Of a stretch of DNA of 64,000 bases, positions 49,306-60,340 are shown piece by piece. Within the stretch, counting starts at the first letter, position 1. Each line of letters opens with the position of its first letter. Where the stretch lies: the NCBI GenBank assembly GCA_052387815.1, contig JBQTIU010000028.1:38506-102505 (forward strand), in the 5' to 3' direction. Below the pieces are notes generated by a model. That model did no database searches and was not told where the DNA came from. It saw only the letters and a list, made by a program, of their open reading frames with translations. This DNA comes from Pseudomonadota bacterium. Its GTDB lineage: Bacteria > Pseudomonadota > Alphaproteobacteria > CACIAM-22H2. Made by a program: the position numbers and the translations under genes.

Positions 49306-51006
49306 TCAGCGGACGGCAACATGGATGAAGAGCTGGTCGCGGAGGTCGGGCAGGGTTTCGTCCACCGGCTCGATGCCGAGGACGGGGGCGATGCGGCTGA
49401 CCACGCGACCGATGATCGGAGCCGCCACCCAGCCGCCGGTCGCGTAGCCCAGCGTCGACTTGTTGCCCTTGGGCTCATCGAGCATCGCCAGGACCACGAG
49501 CCGCGGCCGGGTCATCGGGAAGGCCCCGACGAAGGACGAGATCAGCGCCGTTTTCCGGTAGCGGCCGTCGATGATCTTGTCGGCCGTGCCGGTTTTGCCG
49601 CCGACCAGGTAGCCTGGCGCCTGGGCGGGCCGGCCGGTGCCGCGCTCGACCACCAGGCGCATGAGGCGCCGCATCTGCTCGGAGGTTAAGGGCGAGATCA
49701 CCCGCTCGCCACGCGCCGGCTCGAAATCGGGGCGCTTCAGGATGGTGGCGGGACGCATGATGCCGCCGTTGACGATCGCCGCGGCGGCGGCGGCGAGCTG
49801 CAACGGGCTCACCGACAGCCCATGGCCGAACGCCACCGTCAAGGAGTTGATCTCGCGCCAGGGGTGGGGGACGATCGGCGCGCCCACCTCGGGGAGCTCG
49901 ATCGCCGCCGGCTTCAACAGGCCGACGCGCCCCAAGAAGTCGCGCTGGCGCGCGGTGCCGACCTCGAGCGCCATCTTCGCCGCGCCGATGTTCGAGGAAT
50001 ACATGAAGATCTCGGGGACGGTCAGGTAGCGGTTCTGGCCGTGGTAGTCCGAGATCGTGAACCGCGAAATCTTGATCGGCTTGCTGGCGTCGTAGCCGCT
50101 GCGCAGGGTGACGGTGCCGAAGTCGAGCGCCATGGCGGCGGTGAAGATCTTGAACGTCGAGCCCATCTCGTAGGTGCCGAGCGTGGCGCGGTTGAAGCGC
50201 GCGTTGGGGTCGGCCGGGCCGGGGTTGTTGAGGTCGAAGTCCGGCAGCGAGACCATGGCCAGGGCCTCGCCGGTGTCGACGTCGAGGACGATGGCGGTCC
50301 CCCCGATCGCCCGGAACTCCTCGACCGAACGGGCCAGTTCCTCGCGCACGATGTGTTGGATCCGGATGTCGAGCGACAGGCGCAGCGCTTCGTTCGACTG
50401 TTTGAGCTGGTCGTCGAAGGACTGCTCGATGCCCGCCAGGCCGCGATTGTCGATGCCGCTGAAGCCGACGACGTGCGCGCCCAGATGCCCGTGCGGATAG
50501 ACCCGCCGTTCCTCGCGCTGGAAGAACAGCCCGGGGATGCCCAGCCGGTTGACCGCGTATTGCTGGCGCGGGCTCAAATTGCGCCTGAGCCACACGAAGC
50601 TGCGCTCGGAGGACAGGCGTTCCTTGACCTCCTTCTCGGTGAGGCCGGAGAGAACGCGGGCGAGCTGCGCCGCCGCGTCGGCCGGATCGAGGACCAGCTT
50701 CGGGTTGGCATAGAGCGAGGCGGTGGCGAGCGAGGTGGCGAGCAGCTCGCCGTTGCGGTCGACGATGTCGGCGCGCTCCAGCTCGAGGGCGCCGGGCCTG
50801 GCGGCCTGGGCGAGCCGCGGCTCGCGGGCCTCGCGCAAGATCGTCACGTCGATCAGGCGGACGGCGACGACCCCGAAGGCGAGCGCGAACAGCAGGCCGG
50901 CGATCACCAGGCGGTGGCGGGCGGTCTCGATCGCCTGCTTGGCGGTGCCCTCGAGCCGGAGCCGGTGCGGGAGCGAGCGCAGGACGTCGCCGAAGCGGGT
51001 CGCCAT
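49306..51006 (-). CDS. ftsI: Class B penicillin-binding protein FtsI (PBP3)
   Basis: RADIVDRNG, STFK (SxxK), SSN (SxN), KTG. Confidence 0.95.
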   Translation of the reverse strand: MATRFGDVLRSLPHRLRLEGTAKQAIETARHRLVIAGLLFALAFGVVAVRLIDVTILREAREPRLAQAARPGALELERADIVDRNGELLATSLATASLYANPKLVLDPADAAAQLARVLSGLTEKEVKERLSSERSFVWLRRNLSPRQQYAVNRLGIPGLFFQREERRVYPHGHLGAHVVGFSGIDNRGLAGIEQSFDDQLKQSNEALRLSLDIRIQHIVREELARSVEEFRAIGGTAIVLDVDTGEALAMVSLPDFDLNNPGPADPNARFNRATLGTYEMGSTFKIFTAAMALDFGTVTLRSGYDASKPIKISRFTISDYHGQNRYLTVPEIFMYSSNIGAAKMALEVGTARQRDFLGRVGLLKPAAIELPEVGAPIVPHPWREINSLTVAFGHGLSVSPLQLAAAAAAIVNGGIMRPATILKRPDFEPARGERVISPLTSEQMRRLMRLVVERGTGRPAQAPGYLVGGKTGTADKIIDGRYRKTALISSFVGAFPMTRPRLVVLAMLDEPKGNKSTLGYATGGWVAAPIIGRVVSRIAPVLGIEPVDETLPDLRDQLFIHVAVR

Positions 51007-51323
51007 CAGCGGCTCTCCCGCCCCGCGCTCGGCGGCGCGTCCTCGGGCGGGCGGGCGGGCAGATCGGCCGCCCTGCCGAGCTGGGTCGGGCGCATCGGAC
51101 GCAGATCGAGGTGGCGGCCGGCGAGCTCCTGCAGGCGCTGGGGCTGGTTGACGTAGCTCCATTCGGCGCGCAGCACGTGGATGGCCTCGAGCTCGGCCAG
51201 GACCGCGCGGTCGAGGCGGAACAGCTCGTCCTCGAGCGCCTTGACTTCGTGCTTGAGGTGGAACAGCCCGTAGCCGAGGACAGCGGCGAGCGCCAGCCAC
51301 AAGCCGGTCGACAGGCGGATCAT
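51006..51323 (-). CDS. ftsL: Cell division protein FtsL
   Basis: Short TM plus coiled coil with AEWSY; between rsmH and ftsI. Confidence 0.88.
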   Translation of the reverse strand: MIRLSTGLWLALAAVLGYGLFHLKHEVKALEDELFRLDRAVLAELEAIHVLRAEWSYVNQPQRLQELAGRHLDLRPMRPTQLGRAADLPARPPEDAPPSAGRESR

Positions 51324-52342
51324 GGCGCGCCCCCCGCATGGCCTTCGCCCTCGCCCGGCCAGGCGGGCGCCGCGGTGCGCGCGCCGACCCGCAGCCGGGC
51401 CGAGCGGGCGCGCGGGTTCAGCGCCGTCTCCTCGGCGGATGGCCGGATCGCGCGCCGTTCGACGAGGCGGAAACTCGGCCTCCTGGTGCTGCCGGCAGGT
51501 CCGGGAAGATGGCGGGAGCCGGGGCTAGGAGCATCGCTCCGTGCCCTGAAAAAGTTTTTGACCTCGCGGTCCTCGAGCGAATGGAACGAGACCACCGCGA
51601 GCCGACCGCCGGGGCCGAGCAGCCGCTCGGCGGCGGCCAACCCGCGCCGCAGCTCGCCGATCTCGTCGTTGACGTAGATCCTGAGCGCCTGGAAGGTACG
51701 GGTCGCGGGATCGATGCCGGCGGCGGGTCCGCGCACCGCGCCCCGCACGATCTCGGCAAGCTCGAGGGTGCGGGCGATCGGCCGCAAGCGCCGGGCGGCG
51801 ACGATCGCCCGGGCGACGCGCCCGGCATGGCGCTCTTCGCCGTAAGAGCCGATCAGGCGGGCGAGCTCCGCCTCGGACAGGCGGTTGACGAGCTCGGCGG
51901 CGGCGGGACCGTCCGCCCCCATGCGCATGTCGAGCGGTCCGTCGGCGCGGAAGGAGAAACCGCGCGCCGGGTCGTCGAGCTGCGGGGTGGAAACGCCGAG
52001 ATCGAGGGCCACGCCATCGATGCGCGCGATGCCGCGGGCAAGGAGCAGCCGGTCCATGTCGCCGAACCGGCCGAGAATCAAATCGAGCCGGCCGGAATAG
52101 CGAGCGGCGAGCGCGCCGCCCCTGGCGATCGCCGCCGGGTCGCGGTCGAGGGCCCAGACCCGACACTCCGCCGCTTCGAGCAGGGCCCGCGAAGTGCCGC
52201 CGGCGCCGAAGGTGCCGTCGACATAGACGGCGCCGTCGCGGGGGCCGATCGAGCGCAGAACTTCGCGCAGCAGCACCGGGGTATGCGCGGCCGGGGCCGG
52301 CATCGATCGTGGTCCGGCGGCGGTCGGGGCGGCGCTCAACAT
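51320..52342 (-). CDS. rsmH: 16S rRNA (cytosine1402-N4)-methyltransferase
   Basis: [45 protein letters not shown]; start could be 52303. Confidence 0.96.
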   Translation of the reverse strand: MLSAAPTAAGPRSMPAPAAHTPVLLREVLRSIGPRDGAVYVDGTFGAGGTSRALLEAAECRVWALDRDPAAIARGGALAARYSGRLDLILGRFGDMDRLLLARGIARIDGVALDLGVSTPQLDDPARGFSFRADGPLDMRMGADGPAAAELVNRLSEAELARLIGSYGEERHAGRVARAIVAARRLRPIARTLELAEIVRGAVRGPAAGIDPATRTFQALRIYVNDEIGELRRGLAAAERLLGPGGRLAVVSFHSLEDREVKNFFRARSDAPSPGSRHLPGPAGSTRRPSFRLVERRAIRPSAEETALNPRARSARLRVGARTAAPAWPGEGEGHAGGAP

Positions 52343-52346
52343 CGCG

Positions 52347-52802
52347 TCAGCGCCCGGTCTCGGGTGCGAGGCCGCCGCCCGTGGCGCGCGCCGAGGCGCG
52401 CATGTCCGCCTGGTGCGCTTCGAAGGCCGCGGTGTCCCAAATTTCGAAATAGTTGAGGCGGCCGACGAACGTCGCCCGGTCGGTAATGCCGGCATGGCGG
52501 GCGAGCTCGGAGGGCAGCACGACCCGGCCCTGGCCGTCGAAGGGCAGCCGCGCCACGTCGGGAACCGAGGCGAGCGCCGCATCGATCGGCGTCTGTTCGA
52601 ACACCGCCAAAGGATTGCGCTCGGCGCCGATCCGTTCCATGAGGTCGATGCCGCAGGCGCGGATGGCCCGGCCGGTGAGCGAGGGAAAGGCCACGATGCC
52701 GGCAAAGGTCTGCTGGGCGAGGGCGTTCCGGTAGTCGGCGGGAACCGATACTCGGCCCTTGCGGTCGACCTTGAACGTAAACTTGGACAGGAATAGCGCC
52801 AT
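52347..52802 (-). CDS. mraZ: Transcriptional regulator MraZ
   Basis: [10 protein letters not shown] and [10 protein letters not shown] repeats, FEIW. Confidence 0.95.
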   Translation of the reverse strand: MALFLSKFTFKVDRKGRVSVPADYRNALAQQTFAGIVAFPSLTGRAIRACGIDLMERIGAERNPLAVFEQTPIDAALASVPDVARLPFDGQGRVVLPSELARHAGITDRATFVGRLNYFEIWDTAAFEAHQADMRASARATGGGLAPETGR

Positions 52803-52935
52803 CCCATCCCCCAACACCGGGCTCGCGAAGCGGCCGAGGACCGCCCCGATCGCACGACACAAGCCATTGATTCAAAGCCAAAAGACAGGCTTGGCCGCGG
52901 TCCCTCAGTCGCCCAATGCGGCGATACCCTGCCTG

Positions 52936-52980
52936 TGGGACATCATGGGATAACATGGGTTTTTATGGGCGTCAATGGAA
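52936..52980 (-). promoter_or_regulatory. dcw promoter with MraZ-binding repeats
   Basis: TGGGA/TGGGA/TGGGT/TGGGC/TGGAA at exact 10-bp period; minus strand TTGACG-N17-TATCCC overlaps them. Confidence 0.8.
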
Positions 52981-53088
52981 ATACACAATAAAATTCAAGG
53001 GTCAACCGGTTTTGGGCGGGACTGCCGCCTGAATCGGTTGCGCCCAGCTTTCGGCCACTACTTTCAACCTCGATTATGGCAGGATTTT

Positions 53089-53103
53089 GTTCTGTTAATG
53101 TTC
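53089..53103. promoter_or_regulatory. Candidate alphaproteobacterial LexA (SOS) box
   Basis: GTTC-TGTTAAT-GTTC in an AT-rich intergenic region. Confidence 0.45.
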
Positions 53104-53199
53104 TTATCGGGCGGGGGCCGCATAAGGCTCGGGGCTGTTCATTCCATCCCGCTGATTTGCACCCAAAAATACGATCAAGCCGCGGCGCTGGAAAATTGC

Positions 53200-53607
53200 G
53201 TGCCAGATGGCCTGTAAGCCGGGTTCTGTCCGCACCCCTTGGAGGGGAACGCGGGATGGCCATTCCTCTACGACGCCTGTTGCCAGGCGCCTCCAGCGAC
53301 CTACCCGGGCGACGGCGCGGAAACGCGCCGGTCCGGGAAACCCCGGACGTGCCGCCCCTATTTGGTCTTGCTCCGGGTGGGGTTTGCCGTGCCACCCCCG
53401 TTGCCGGGGGCGCGGTGCGCTCTTACCGCACCTTTTCACCCTTGCCGCCGGATGTGAGGTCCGGAGGCGGTATGCTTTCTGTTGCACTTTCCCTGGGGTC
53501 GCCCCCGCCGGGGGTTACCCGGCACCCTTGTTTCCGTGGAGCCCGGACTTTCCTCGCCGGCGTGCGCTTCCCGCCCTTGCCGGCGCGGCCATCCGGCCAT
53601 CTGGCAC
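53200..53607 (-). ncRNA. rnpB: RNase P RNA (class A)
   Basis: GAGGAAAGTCCGGGCTCC, GAAAGTGCAACAGA, AACCCGGCTTA; P1 helix GTGCCAGATGGCC pairs 53200-53212 with 53595-53607. Confidence 0.97.
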
Positions 53608-53664
53608 CGACCTTAGGTAAGCCCCGGCGAGGGCCGCGTCAATCGCTGGCGAGGCGTGGCTCGC

Positions 53665-53972
53665 TCATGCCCCCGCCTCGACTTCGGCCTCGACGCGCGC
53701 GGCCAGCATCGCGTTCCGCCACGGCAAGATCGTAGCGCGCCTGGAGGGCGAGCCAGAACCGTCCCCCGGTGCCGAACTAGCGGCCAAGCCTGAGCGCGGG
53801 TTCGGCGGTTCGCGCCCGCTTGCCGTTGACGATCTCGATCATCCGGCCCGGCGCCACGCGCAACGCCCGGGCCAGGGCGTTCGCGGACCGCCGACGCGCA
53901 TCGATTTCATCCTCGAGAAGCCGGCCCGGATGGATGGGGATCGTGGGAGTTGCCGCAATGGCAATCGACGAT
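53665..53972 (-). pseudogene. higA: Decayed HigA antitoxin with a trace of the HigB C-terminus
   Basis: IHPGRLL...SANALARALRV...ALRLGR*FGT..FWLALQARYDL; internal TAG 53777-53779, later frameshift; upstream IVDCH resembles HigB-terminal IVDYH. Confidence 0.8.
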
Positions 53973-54032
53973 ATGGGTCGCCTCGCAGTCCTCGGCGACG
54001 ACATCGGCAAGCGGTGACCGGGCGCGCCCGCC

Positions 54033-54803
54033 TCATGGCCCGCACAGGCGCAGGAGCGCGGTGAGCCTGGCCGAGGTCTCGCCGTCGAGGCGGCCGTCGA
54101 CGCGGGCCGGGCGGAAATGCCGTTGGAACGCCGCCAGCACGCGGCCGGTGGCGTCGTCGAGCACGCCCGAGGGCGGCACCTCGTAGCCGAATTCCGCCAG
54201 CCGCGCCTGGATGTCGGCCACCGCCTCGTCGCGCTCGCCGGGCCCGAAATCGTGCATCACGCGCCGGCGCTGCGCGACGCCGAACGGCCACAACCCGATG
54301 CCGGCGCGCGCCAGTTCCTCCCAGTCGAAGCGCTCGCCGGGATCGGTCTTGCGCAAGGGCGCGATGTCGGCGTGGCCGACCATGTTGCGCGGCGGGATCG
54401 GGTGGCGCCGGAGAATGTCGCCGGCAAGCTCGATGACCGCGGCATATTGCGCGCGGCTGAAGTCGCGGTAGCCGAACTCGTGGCCGGGATTGACGAGCTC
54501 GATGCCGATCGAGCGGCCGTTGATGTCGCGGAGCCCCCGCCAGGACGACTGGCCGGCGTGCCAGGCCCGGCGGTCTTCGGCGACCAAGCGGAAGATGCGC
54601 CCGTCCTCCTCGACGAGATAATGCGCGCTCACCTTGGCGGCCGGGTCCAGCAGCCGCGCCAACGCCGCCTCGCCGGTCGGCATGCCCGTGTAGTGGAGGA
54701 CGAGCACGTCGATCGGCGTTCCGGGGGCGCGGGCGTCGTGGTTCGGCGAGGCGCGGTCGATCGGCGTCAACACGGTATCGAGGGCGGCGACGGCGAGCCG
54801 CAC
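54033..54803 (-). CDS. N-acetylmuramoyl-L-alanine amidase (Amidase_2, AmiD/AmpD-like) with peptidoglycan-binding domain
   Basis: SPN, LHYTGM, VSAHY, RAWHAG, SIGIE, GHADIAPLRKTDPG, AFQRHF. Confidence 0.93.
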   Translation of the reverse strand: MRLAVAALDTVLTPIDRASPNHDARAPGTPIDVLVLHYTGMPTGEAALARLLDPAAKVSAHYLVEEDGRIFRLVAEDRRAWHAGQSSWRGLRDINGRSIGIELVNPGHEFGYRDFSRAQYAAVIELAGDILRRHPIPPRNMVGHADIAPLRKTDPGERFDWEELARAGIGLWPFGVAQRRRVMHDFGPGERDEAVADIQARLAEFGYEVPPSGVLDDATGRVLAAFQRHFRPARVDGRLDGETSARLTALLRLCGP

Positions 54804-55376
54804 TCAGGCGGCCTCGACCGGGACGTTCGCGTAAAGCTCGCCCAAGGGCCGGTCGAGCCCCACGCTGTCCAATCGCACCCGGGCATCGGGTTGGCGATAG
54901 AGGTCGACGAGCCAGCGATCCCCATCCTGACGCCGATGGATCTCGCAGTAGGAATACCGGGAATCGATGAGGACGATTTCCTTGACGCTCGGCATCGCCC
55001 GGTAATCCGGCAGTTTCACCCGGCGATCATCGTCGGCCGTGGACGGCGACAGCACCTCGACGATCAAAAGCGGGTCATCGATCTGCTGCTGTCCGACCGC
55101 GACAGGCGTGCAGGTGACCACCATGTCGGCCTGGTGGAACGATCTCTTGTTGGAAACGGATCGGATGCCCGCCTCGAGCCACACGGCACACCGCGGGTGG
55201 GCGGAAAGAGCGGTGGAAAGGTGCCCGGCCAGATTGCCGGCGAGAATGCCATGCGCCCCCGATGGCGGCGCCATCGCCACCGGCACGCCGTCGCGGAGCT
55301 GGTACCGGGTGTCGCGATCGCCTTGGAAGGCCAGAAACTCGGCGACCTCCATCCGTTTGCGCACGCTCTCGGCCAT
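54804..55376 (-). CDS. Uma2 family (PDDEXK) endonuclease
   Basis: AMAPPSGAH, ADMVVTC, VEVLSPST, KLPDY. Confidence 0.9.
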   Translation of the reverse strand: MAESVRKRMEVAEFLAFQGDRDTRYQLRDGVPVAMAPPSGAHGILAGNLAGHLSTALSAHPRCAVWLEAGIRSVSNKRSFHQADMVVTCTPVAVGQQQIDDPLLIVEVLSPSTADDDRRVKLPDYRAMPSVKEIVLIDSRYSYCEIHRRQDGDRWLVDLYRQPDARVRLDSVGLDRPLGELYANVPVEAA

Positions 55377-55686
55377 GGAGATGCTCTCGCGCTGTCTGCG
55401 ACGCTTGGAATGATACGTCGCGACGCCGGCAATCGCAAGGCGGCGGCCGGGTCGTGCGTTCCTGCTCGAATGCGGCGCCGCGAGCGCCATCACGGAATCC
55501 GCCCGCACCTGCACGACAAGGGGCGATCCATGTGCGAAGGTTTCGCGGTTGTGTTAGCTTGACCGCCAAGAAAAACACCGTCCTCGGGGAGGGATCGATG
55601 GCGTCGCGCCGCGGTCCCGGAGGGCCTTCCGCATGGCCGTTGCCGCATGAGCGAGGCGTAAGGTGCAAGCGCGCGTGGGCTCCAGC

Positions 55687-57702
55687 ATGGCGAACGGCGC
55701 CGTTCTGCTCGAGGTCGACGGCGTCCACGTCCATTTCGTCACCTCGCGCGGGGTGGTGCGCGCGGTCGAGGGCGTCGCGTATCAGGTCCGGCCCGGCGAA
55801 ATCGTGGCGCTGGTCGGTGAATCGGGCTGCGGCAAGTCGGTCTCGGCCCTCGCCATCATGCGGCTGCTCGCCAAGCCGGCGGGACGGATCGTCGCCGGCC
55901 GCGTGCGGTTCGAGGGCCGCGATCTATTCGCGCTGTCCGAGGAGGAGATGCGCAAGGTCCGCGGCCGCGACATCGCGATGATCTTCCAGGAGCCGATGAC
56001 CTCGCTCAACCCGGTTCTCCCGATCGGGTTGCAGATCATGGAGCCGCTCCTGGTCCACCTCGGCACCGACCCGGGCCAGGCGCGGGGCCGCGCGGTCGAG
56101 CTCCTGGGCCTGGTCGGCATCCCCGATGCCGAACGCCGGCTCGACCACTACCCGCATCAGTTCTCCGGCGGCATGCGCCAGCGGGTGATGATCGCGCTCG
56201 CGCTCGCCTGCAATCCCAAGCTCATCATCGCCGACGAGCCGACCACCGCGCTCGATGTGACCATCCAGGCGCAGATCCTCGAGCTGCTGCGCGACCTGTC
56301 GTCCCGTCTCGGCATCGCGATGATCATCATCACCCACAACCTCGGCATCGTCGCGCGCTACGCCGACCGGGTGAACGTGATGTACGCGGCGCGCATCGTC
56401 GAGCAGGGAACGGCCGACGACATCTTCGCCCGACCGCGCCATCCCTATACCCTCGGCCTCATGCGCTCGGTGCCGCGGCTCGACCGGCCGCGCGCCAGCC
56501 GGCTGCAGACCATCGAGGGCCTGCCGCCCGACCTGCTCGACCCGCAAGCGGGCTGCCGCTTCGCCCCGCGCTGCCCGCATAGAATCGCCAAGTGCGAGGA
56601 GGCCCCCAGCCTCGACGAAGTCGAGCCCGGCCACCGTTCGGCGTGCTGGCGCGCGGCCGAGATCGCGGCCGGGCGCCTGGCGGCGGCGCCGACGGCCGCC
56701 GCCGCGGCCTTTGTCCCTGGGCAGGGCGCTAGCGCGCCGGTGCTGTCGGTCAAGAACTTGAGCAAGGTTTTCCGGGTATCGGGCGGCCGCTTCGGCCGCC
56801 CGGCGGGGGTCGTGCGGGCGATCGCCGACGTCTCGTTCGACGTCTTCCCGGGCGAGACCTTGGGCGTGGTCGGCGAATCGGGCTGCGGCAAGACCACCCT
56901 CGGCCGCACCATCCTCAAGCTCGAGGAACCGAGCGCGGGGGCGATCCGCTACGCCGGTCGCGACCTCGCCAACCTGTCGGCGGGCGAGCTCACGGAACTG
57001 CGCCAGCGCATCCAGGTGATCTTCCAGGACCCTTACAGTTCGCTCAACCCCCGCATGACCGTCGGCCAGACGATCTCCGAGCCGCTTTCCGTCTACCGGC
57101 TGGTCCCCGATGACGCCGCGGCCAAGGCCAAGGTGGCGGACCTGCTGGCGCGGGTCGGCCTGTTCCCCTACATGGCCGAGCGCTACCCCCACCAGCTGTC
57201 GGGCGGACAGCGCCAGCGCGTCGGCATCGCCCGCGCGCTGGCCATGAATCCGAGCTTCATCGTCTGCGACGAGCCGGTCTCGGCGCTCGACGTCTCGATC
57301 CAGGCCCAGATCATCAACCTGCTCGAAGACCTGCAGCGCCAATTCGGGCTCACCTACCTGTTCATCGCCCACGACCTCGCCGTCGTGCGGCACATCGCGA
57401 CCCGCGTCGCGGTCATGTATCTCGGCCGGGTCATGGAGCTCGCCGAGCGCGACGAGCTCTATGCACGCCCGCTCCACCCCTACACGAAAGCGCTGCTCGA
57501 CGCCGCCCCGGTGCCCGATCCGGCGCTGGAACGGGCGCGCGCCGCACGCCCGCTGGGCGGCGAGCCGCCTTCGCCCTTGACGCCGCCATCGGGATGCGTG
57601 TTTCATACCCGCTGCCCCCTGGCGACGGCCGAATGCAAGGCGGCCGTCCCCGGGCTGCGGGAAGTACGGCCGGGCCATTTCGCCGCCTGCATCAAGCTTT
57701 GA
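55687..57702 (+). CDS. Dipeptide/oligopeptide-type ABC transporter, fused DppD/DppF ATP-binding protein
   Basis: Two GESGCGK Walker A motifs, [16 protein letters not shown], two HPYT and C-terminal Cys motifs. Confidence 0.95.
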   Translation: MANGAVLLEVDGVHVHFVTSRGVVRAVEGVAYQVRPGEIVALVGESGCGKSVSALAIMRLLAKPAGRIVAGRVRFEGRDLFALSEEEMRKVRGRDIAMIFQEPMTSLNPVLPIGLQIMEPLLVHLGTDPGQARGRAVELLGLVGIPDAERRLDHYPHQFSGGMRQRVMIALALACNPKLIIADEPTTALDVTIQAQILELLRDLSSRLGIAMIIITHNLGIVARYADRVNVMYAARIVEQGTADDIFARPRHPYTLGLMRSVPRLDRPRASRLQTIEGLPPDLLDPQAGCRFAPRCPHRIAKCEEAPSLDEVEPGHRSACWRAAEIAAGRLAAAPTAAAAAFVPGQGASAPVLSVKNLSKVFRVSGGRFGRPAGVVRAIADVSFDVFPGETLGVVGESGCGKTTLGRTILKLEEPSAGAIRYAGRDLANLSAGELTELRQRIQVIFQDPYSSLNPRMTVGQTISEPLSVYRLVPDDAAAKAKVADLLARVGLFPYMAERYPHQLSGGQRQRVGIARALAMNPSFIVCDEPVSALDVSIQAQIINLLEDLQRQFGLTYLFIAHDLAVVRHIATRVAVMYLGRVMELAERDELYARPLHPYTKALLDAAPVPDPALERARAARPLGGEPPSPLTPPSGCVFHTRCPLATAECKAAVPGLREVRPGHFAACIKL

Positions 57703-57760
57703 CATCGGCGCGCACAGGCGAACGATGTCGAACCCGATGCGAACATGGAGGATGAAAGCC

Positions 57761-59344
57761 ATGACTCTCAAGCTTCTCTTGTGGTCGCTCGCGCTCGCCG
57801 GGCTGGCGACGGCGCCGCTGGCGGGCGCGTCCGCGCAAACGCCCAAGCGCGGCGGCACGCTGACCTTCGCGGTCAGCGCCGAGCCGCCGAACTACGACTG
57901 CCATGCGAACACCTCGTTCGCCTTCGTCCATCCGGTGGTGCCGCATTACTCGACCCTCTTGAAGTTCGACGGCGCCACCTATCCGAAGGTCGTCGGCGAT
58001 CTGGCCGAATCCTGGCAGGTGTCGCCGGACGGCCTCGCCTACACCTTCAAGCTCAAGGGGAACGTCAAGTTCCACGACGGCTCGGCGCTGACCGCCGCCG
58101 ACGTCAAGGCGAGCTACGAGCGGATCGTCAAGCCGCCCGCCGGCGTGATCTCGATTCGCACCGCCTCTTACGATGACATTGTCGCGATCGAGACCCCGGA
58201 CCCGCGCACGGCGGTCTTCAAGCTCAAGGCGCCCGACGCCTCGATGCTGGCCAACTTCGCCTCGCCCTGGAACTGCATCTACAGCGCGGCCAAGCTCGCC
58301 CAGGATCCGAAGTTCCCCGAAAAGAACATCCTCGGGTCCGGCCCGTTCCGATTCGTCGAGCACGTCGCCGGATCGCATTGGGTCGGCCAGCGCTTCGACG
58401 GCTATCACGTCGCGGGACAGCCGTATCTCGACGGCTACCGCGCCGTGTTCATGACCGGGGCGGCGTACATCAACGCGCTCCAGGGCGGCCAGGTGATGAT
58501 CGAGTTCCGCGGCCAGTCCCCGCCCGAACGCGACCGGCTGGTGGCGGCGCTCGGCACCAAGGCCGTGGTGCAGGAAAGCCCGTGGATCTGTAATCTGATC
58601 GTCAGCTTCAACACGGAAAAGAAGCCGTTCGACGATGCCCGCGTGCGCCGCGCGCTGTCGCTCGCCATCGACCGCTGGCAGGGCTCGGAGGCGTTGTCCA
58701 AGATCGCCATCGTCAAGGGCGTGGGCGGCCTCCTGCGTCCCGGCTACGATCTGGCCGCAAGCGATGCCGACCTCGCCAAGCTGCCTGGTTACGCCAAGGA
58801 CATCCGGGCCTCGCGCGCCGAGGCGACCAGGCTCCTCAAGGAGGCGGGTCAGGAGAAACTGAGTTTCAAGTTCACCAACCGCAACATCCCGATGCCCTAC
58901 ACCGCGATGGGCGTGTTCCTGATCGACCAGTGGCGGCAGGTCGGCGTCGCGGTCGAACAGCAGCAGCTCGACTCCAGGCTCTACCTGTCGGCGCTCAGCG
59001 GCGGCAATTACGAGGCCGGGCTCGACTTCAACTGCGACTTCATGGACGAGCCGAACGTGCAGTTGATCAAGTACCTGTCGGCCGACAAGTCGTCGATCAA
59101 CTACGGCCGCTATGTCGACCGCACGCTCGACGAGCTGTACGAACGGCAGAAGCGTGCGACCGACCCCAAGCAGCGCTACGCGCTGGTGCGAGAGTTCGAG
59201 ACCCGCGCGCTCCATGAGAGCTATGCCTTCTCGACCCTGTGGTGGCACCGGACGATCGTGCACTCGGCGCAGGTCAAGGGCTGGGAGATCACGCCCAGCC
59301 ATTATCTGAACCAGGACCTGGCCGACGTGTGGCTGGACCAATAG
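57761..59344 (+). CDS. ABC transporter substrate-binding protein (family 5)
   Basis: Signal peptide, PKRGGTL, GDLAESW, KFHDG, GSGPF, PFDDARVRRAL. Confidence 0.93.
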   Translation: MTLKLLLWSLALAGLATAPLAGASAQTPKRGGTLTFAVSAEPPNYDCHANTSFAFVHPVVPHYSTLLKFDGATYPKVVGDLAESWQVSPDGLAYTFKLKGNVKFHDGSALTAADVKASYERIVKPPAGVISIRTASYDDIVAIETPDPRTAVFKLKAPDASMLANFASPWNCIYSAAKLAQDPKFPEKNILGSGPFRFVEHVAGSHWVGQRFDGYHVAGQPYLDGYRAVFMTGAAYINALQGGQVMIEFRGQSPPERDRLVAALGTKAVVQESPWICNLIVSFNTEKKPFDDARVRRALSLAIDRWQGSEALSKIAIVKGVGGLLRPGYDLAASDADLAKLPGYAKDIRASRAEATRLLKEAGQEKLSFKFTNRNIPMPYTAMGVFLIDQWRQVGVAVEQQQLDSRLYLSALSGGNYEAGLDFNCDFMDEPNVQLIKYLSADKSSINYGRYVDRTLDELYERQKRATDPKQRYALVREFETRALHESYAFSTLWWHRTIVHSAQVKGWEITPSHYLNQDLADVWLDQ

Positions 59345-59386
59345 CGAGAACCCGGGCGGCCACGAGGCCACCCGGGCCCTCCCGCG

Positions 59387-60340
59387 ATGCTGAGTTACGC
59401 CGCCCAACGCATCCTGTTGATGATCCCGACGCTGCTCGGGGTCGCGCTCCTGGTGTTCTTCATGCTCCGGGTCATGCCCGGCGACATCGTCGAACTCAAG
59501 CTGCGCGGCGACGGCGCCTCCGTCACCCAGGAAGTCCTCGCTGCCGAGCGGGCGCGGCTCGGGCTCGACCAGCCGCTCCCTGTCCAGTTGTTCGACTGGC
59601 TCGCCGGCATGGCGACCTTCGACCTCGGGCGGTCGATGTGGACCGGCCGTCCGGTCGCCTACGAGATCGCCATCCGTTTCGAACTCTCGCTCCAGGTCGC
59701 GCTCATGGCGACGGTGCTCGCGGTGTTGATCGCGCTTCCCCTAGGGACGTTGGCGGCGCTGTTCCAGGACACCTGGGTCGACTACGTGGTCCGCGTGCTG
59801 GCGATCGCCGGCTTGGCGGTGCCCTCGTTCTGGCTCGGGATGATCCTCATCTTGGCGCTTCTGCTCGGCTTCTCCTGGCTGCCGCCGATCACCTTCACGC
59901 CGCTCTACCAAGACCCGGTCACCAACCTCTCGCAGTTGATCTGGCCGGCCTTGGCGGTCGCCTACCGGTATTCGGCGGTCGCCACGCGCATGACCCGGTC
60001 CGCGCTCCTCGAAGTGCTGCGCGAGGACTACATCCGCACGGCGCGGGCCAAGGGGCTGTTCGAGCGCCTGGTGGTGTCCCGCCATGCCATGCGCAACGCG
60101 CTCTTACCGGTGATCACCGTCATCGGCCTCGAGTTCGCCTTCCTGATCGGCGGCCTGGTGGTCACCGAACAGGTGTTCAACTTGAACGGCATCGGCAAGC
60201 TGTTCGTCCAGGCGGTGACGCGGGGCGACTACACCCTGATCCAGGGTCTGGTGATGCTGGTCGCGACCGCCGCCATCCTCGTCAATCTCGCGGTCGACCT
60301 GCTCTATGCGCTGTTCGACCCCCGCATCCGGTACCGCTGA
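59387..60340 (+). CDS. ABC transporter permease (DppB-like)
   Basis: MPGD, GLDQP, PSFWLG, EDYIRTARAKGL, DPRIRY. Confidence 0.95.
   Translation: MLSYAAQRILLMIPTLLGVALLVFFMLRVMPGDIVELKLRGDGASVTQEVLAAERARLGLDQPLPVQLFDWLAGMATFDLGRSMWTGRPVAYEIAIRFELSLQVALMATVLAVLIALPLGTLAALFQDTWVDYVVRVLAIAGLAVPSFWLGMILILALLLGFSWLPPITFTPLYQDPVTNLSQLIWPALAVAYRYSAVATRMTRSALLEVLREDYIRTARAKGLFERLVVSRHAMRNALLPVITVIGLEFAFLIGGLVVTEQVFNLNGIGKLFVQAVTRGDYTLIQGLVMLVATAAILVNLAVDLLYALFDPRIRYR

Noticed and set aside
53076-53735. ORFs overlapping 53100-53700
   Set aside because: Region is RNase P RNA; the ORFs are spurious
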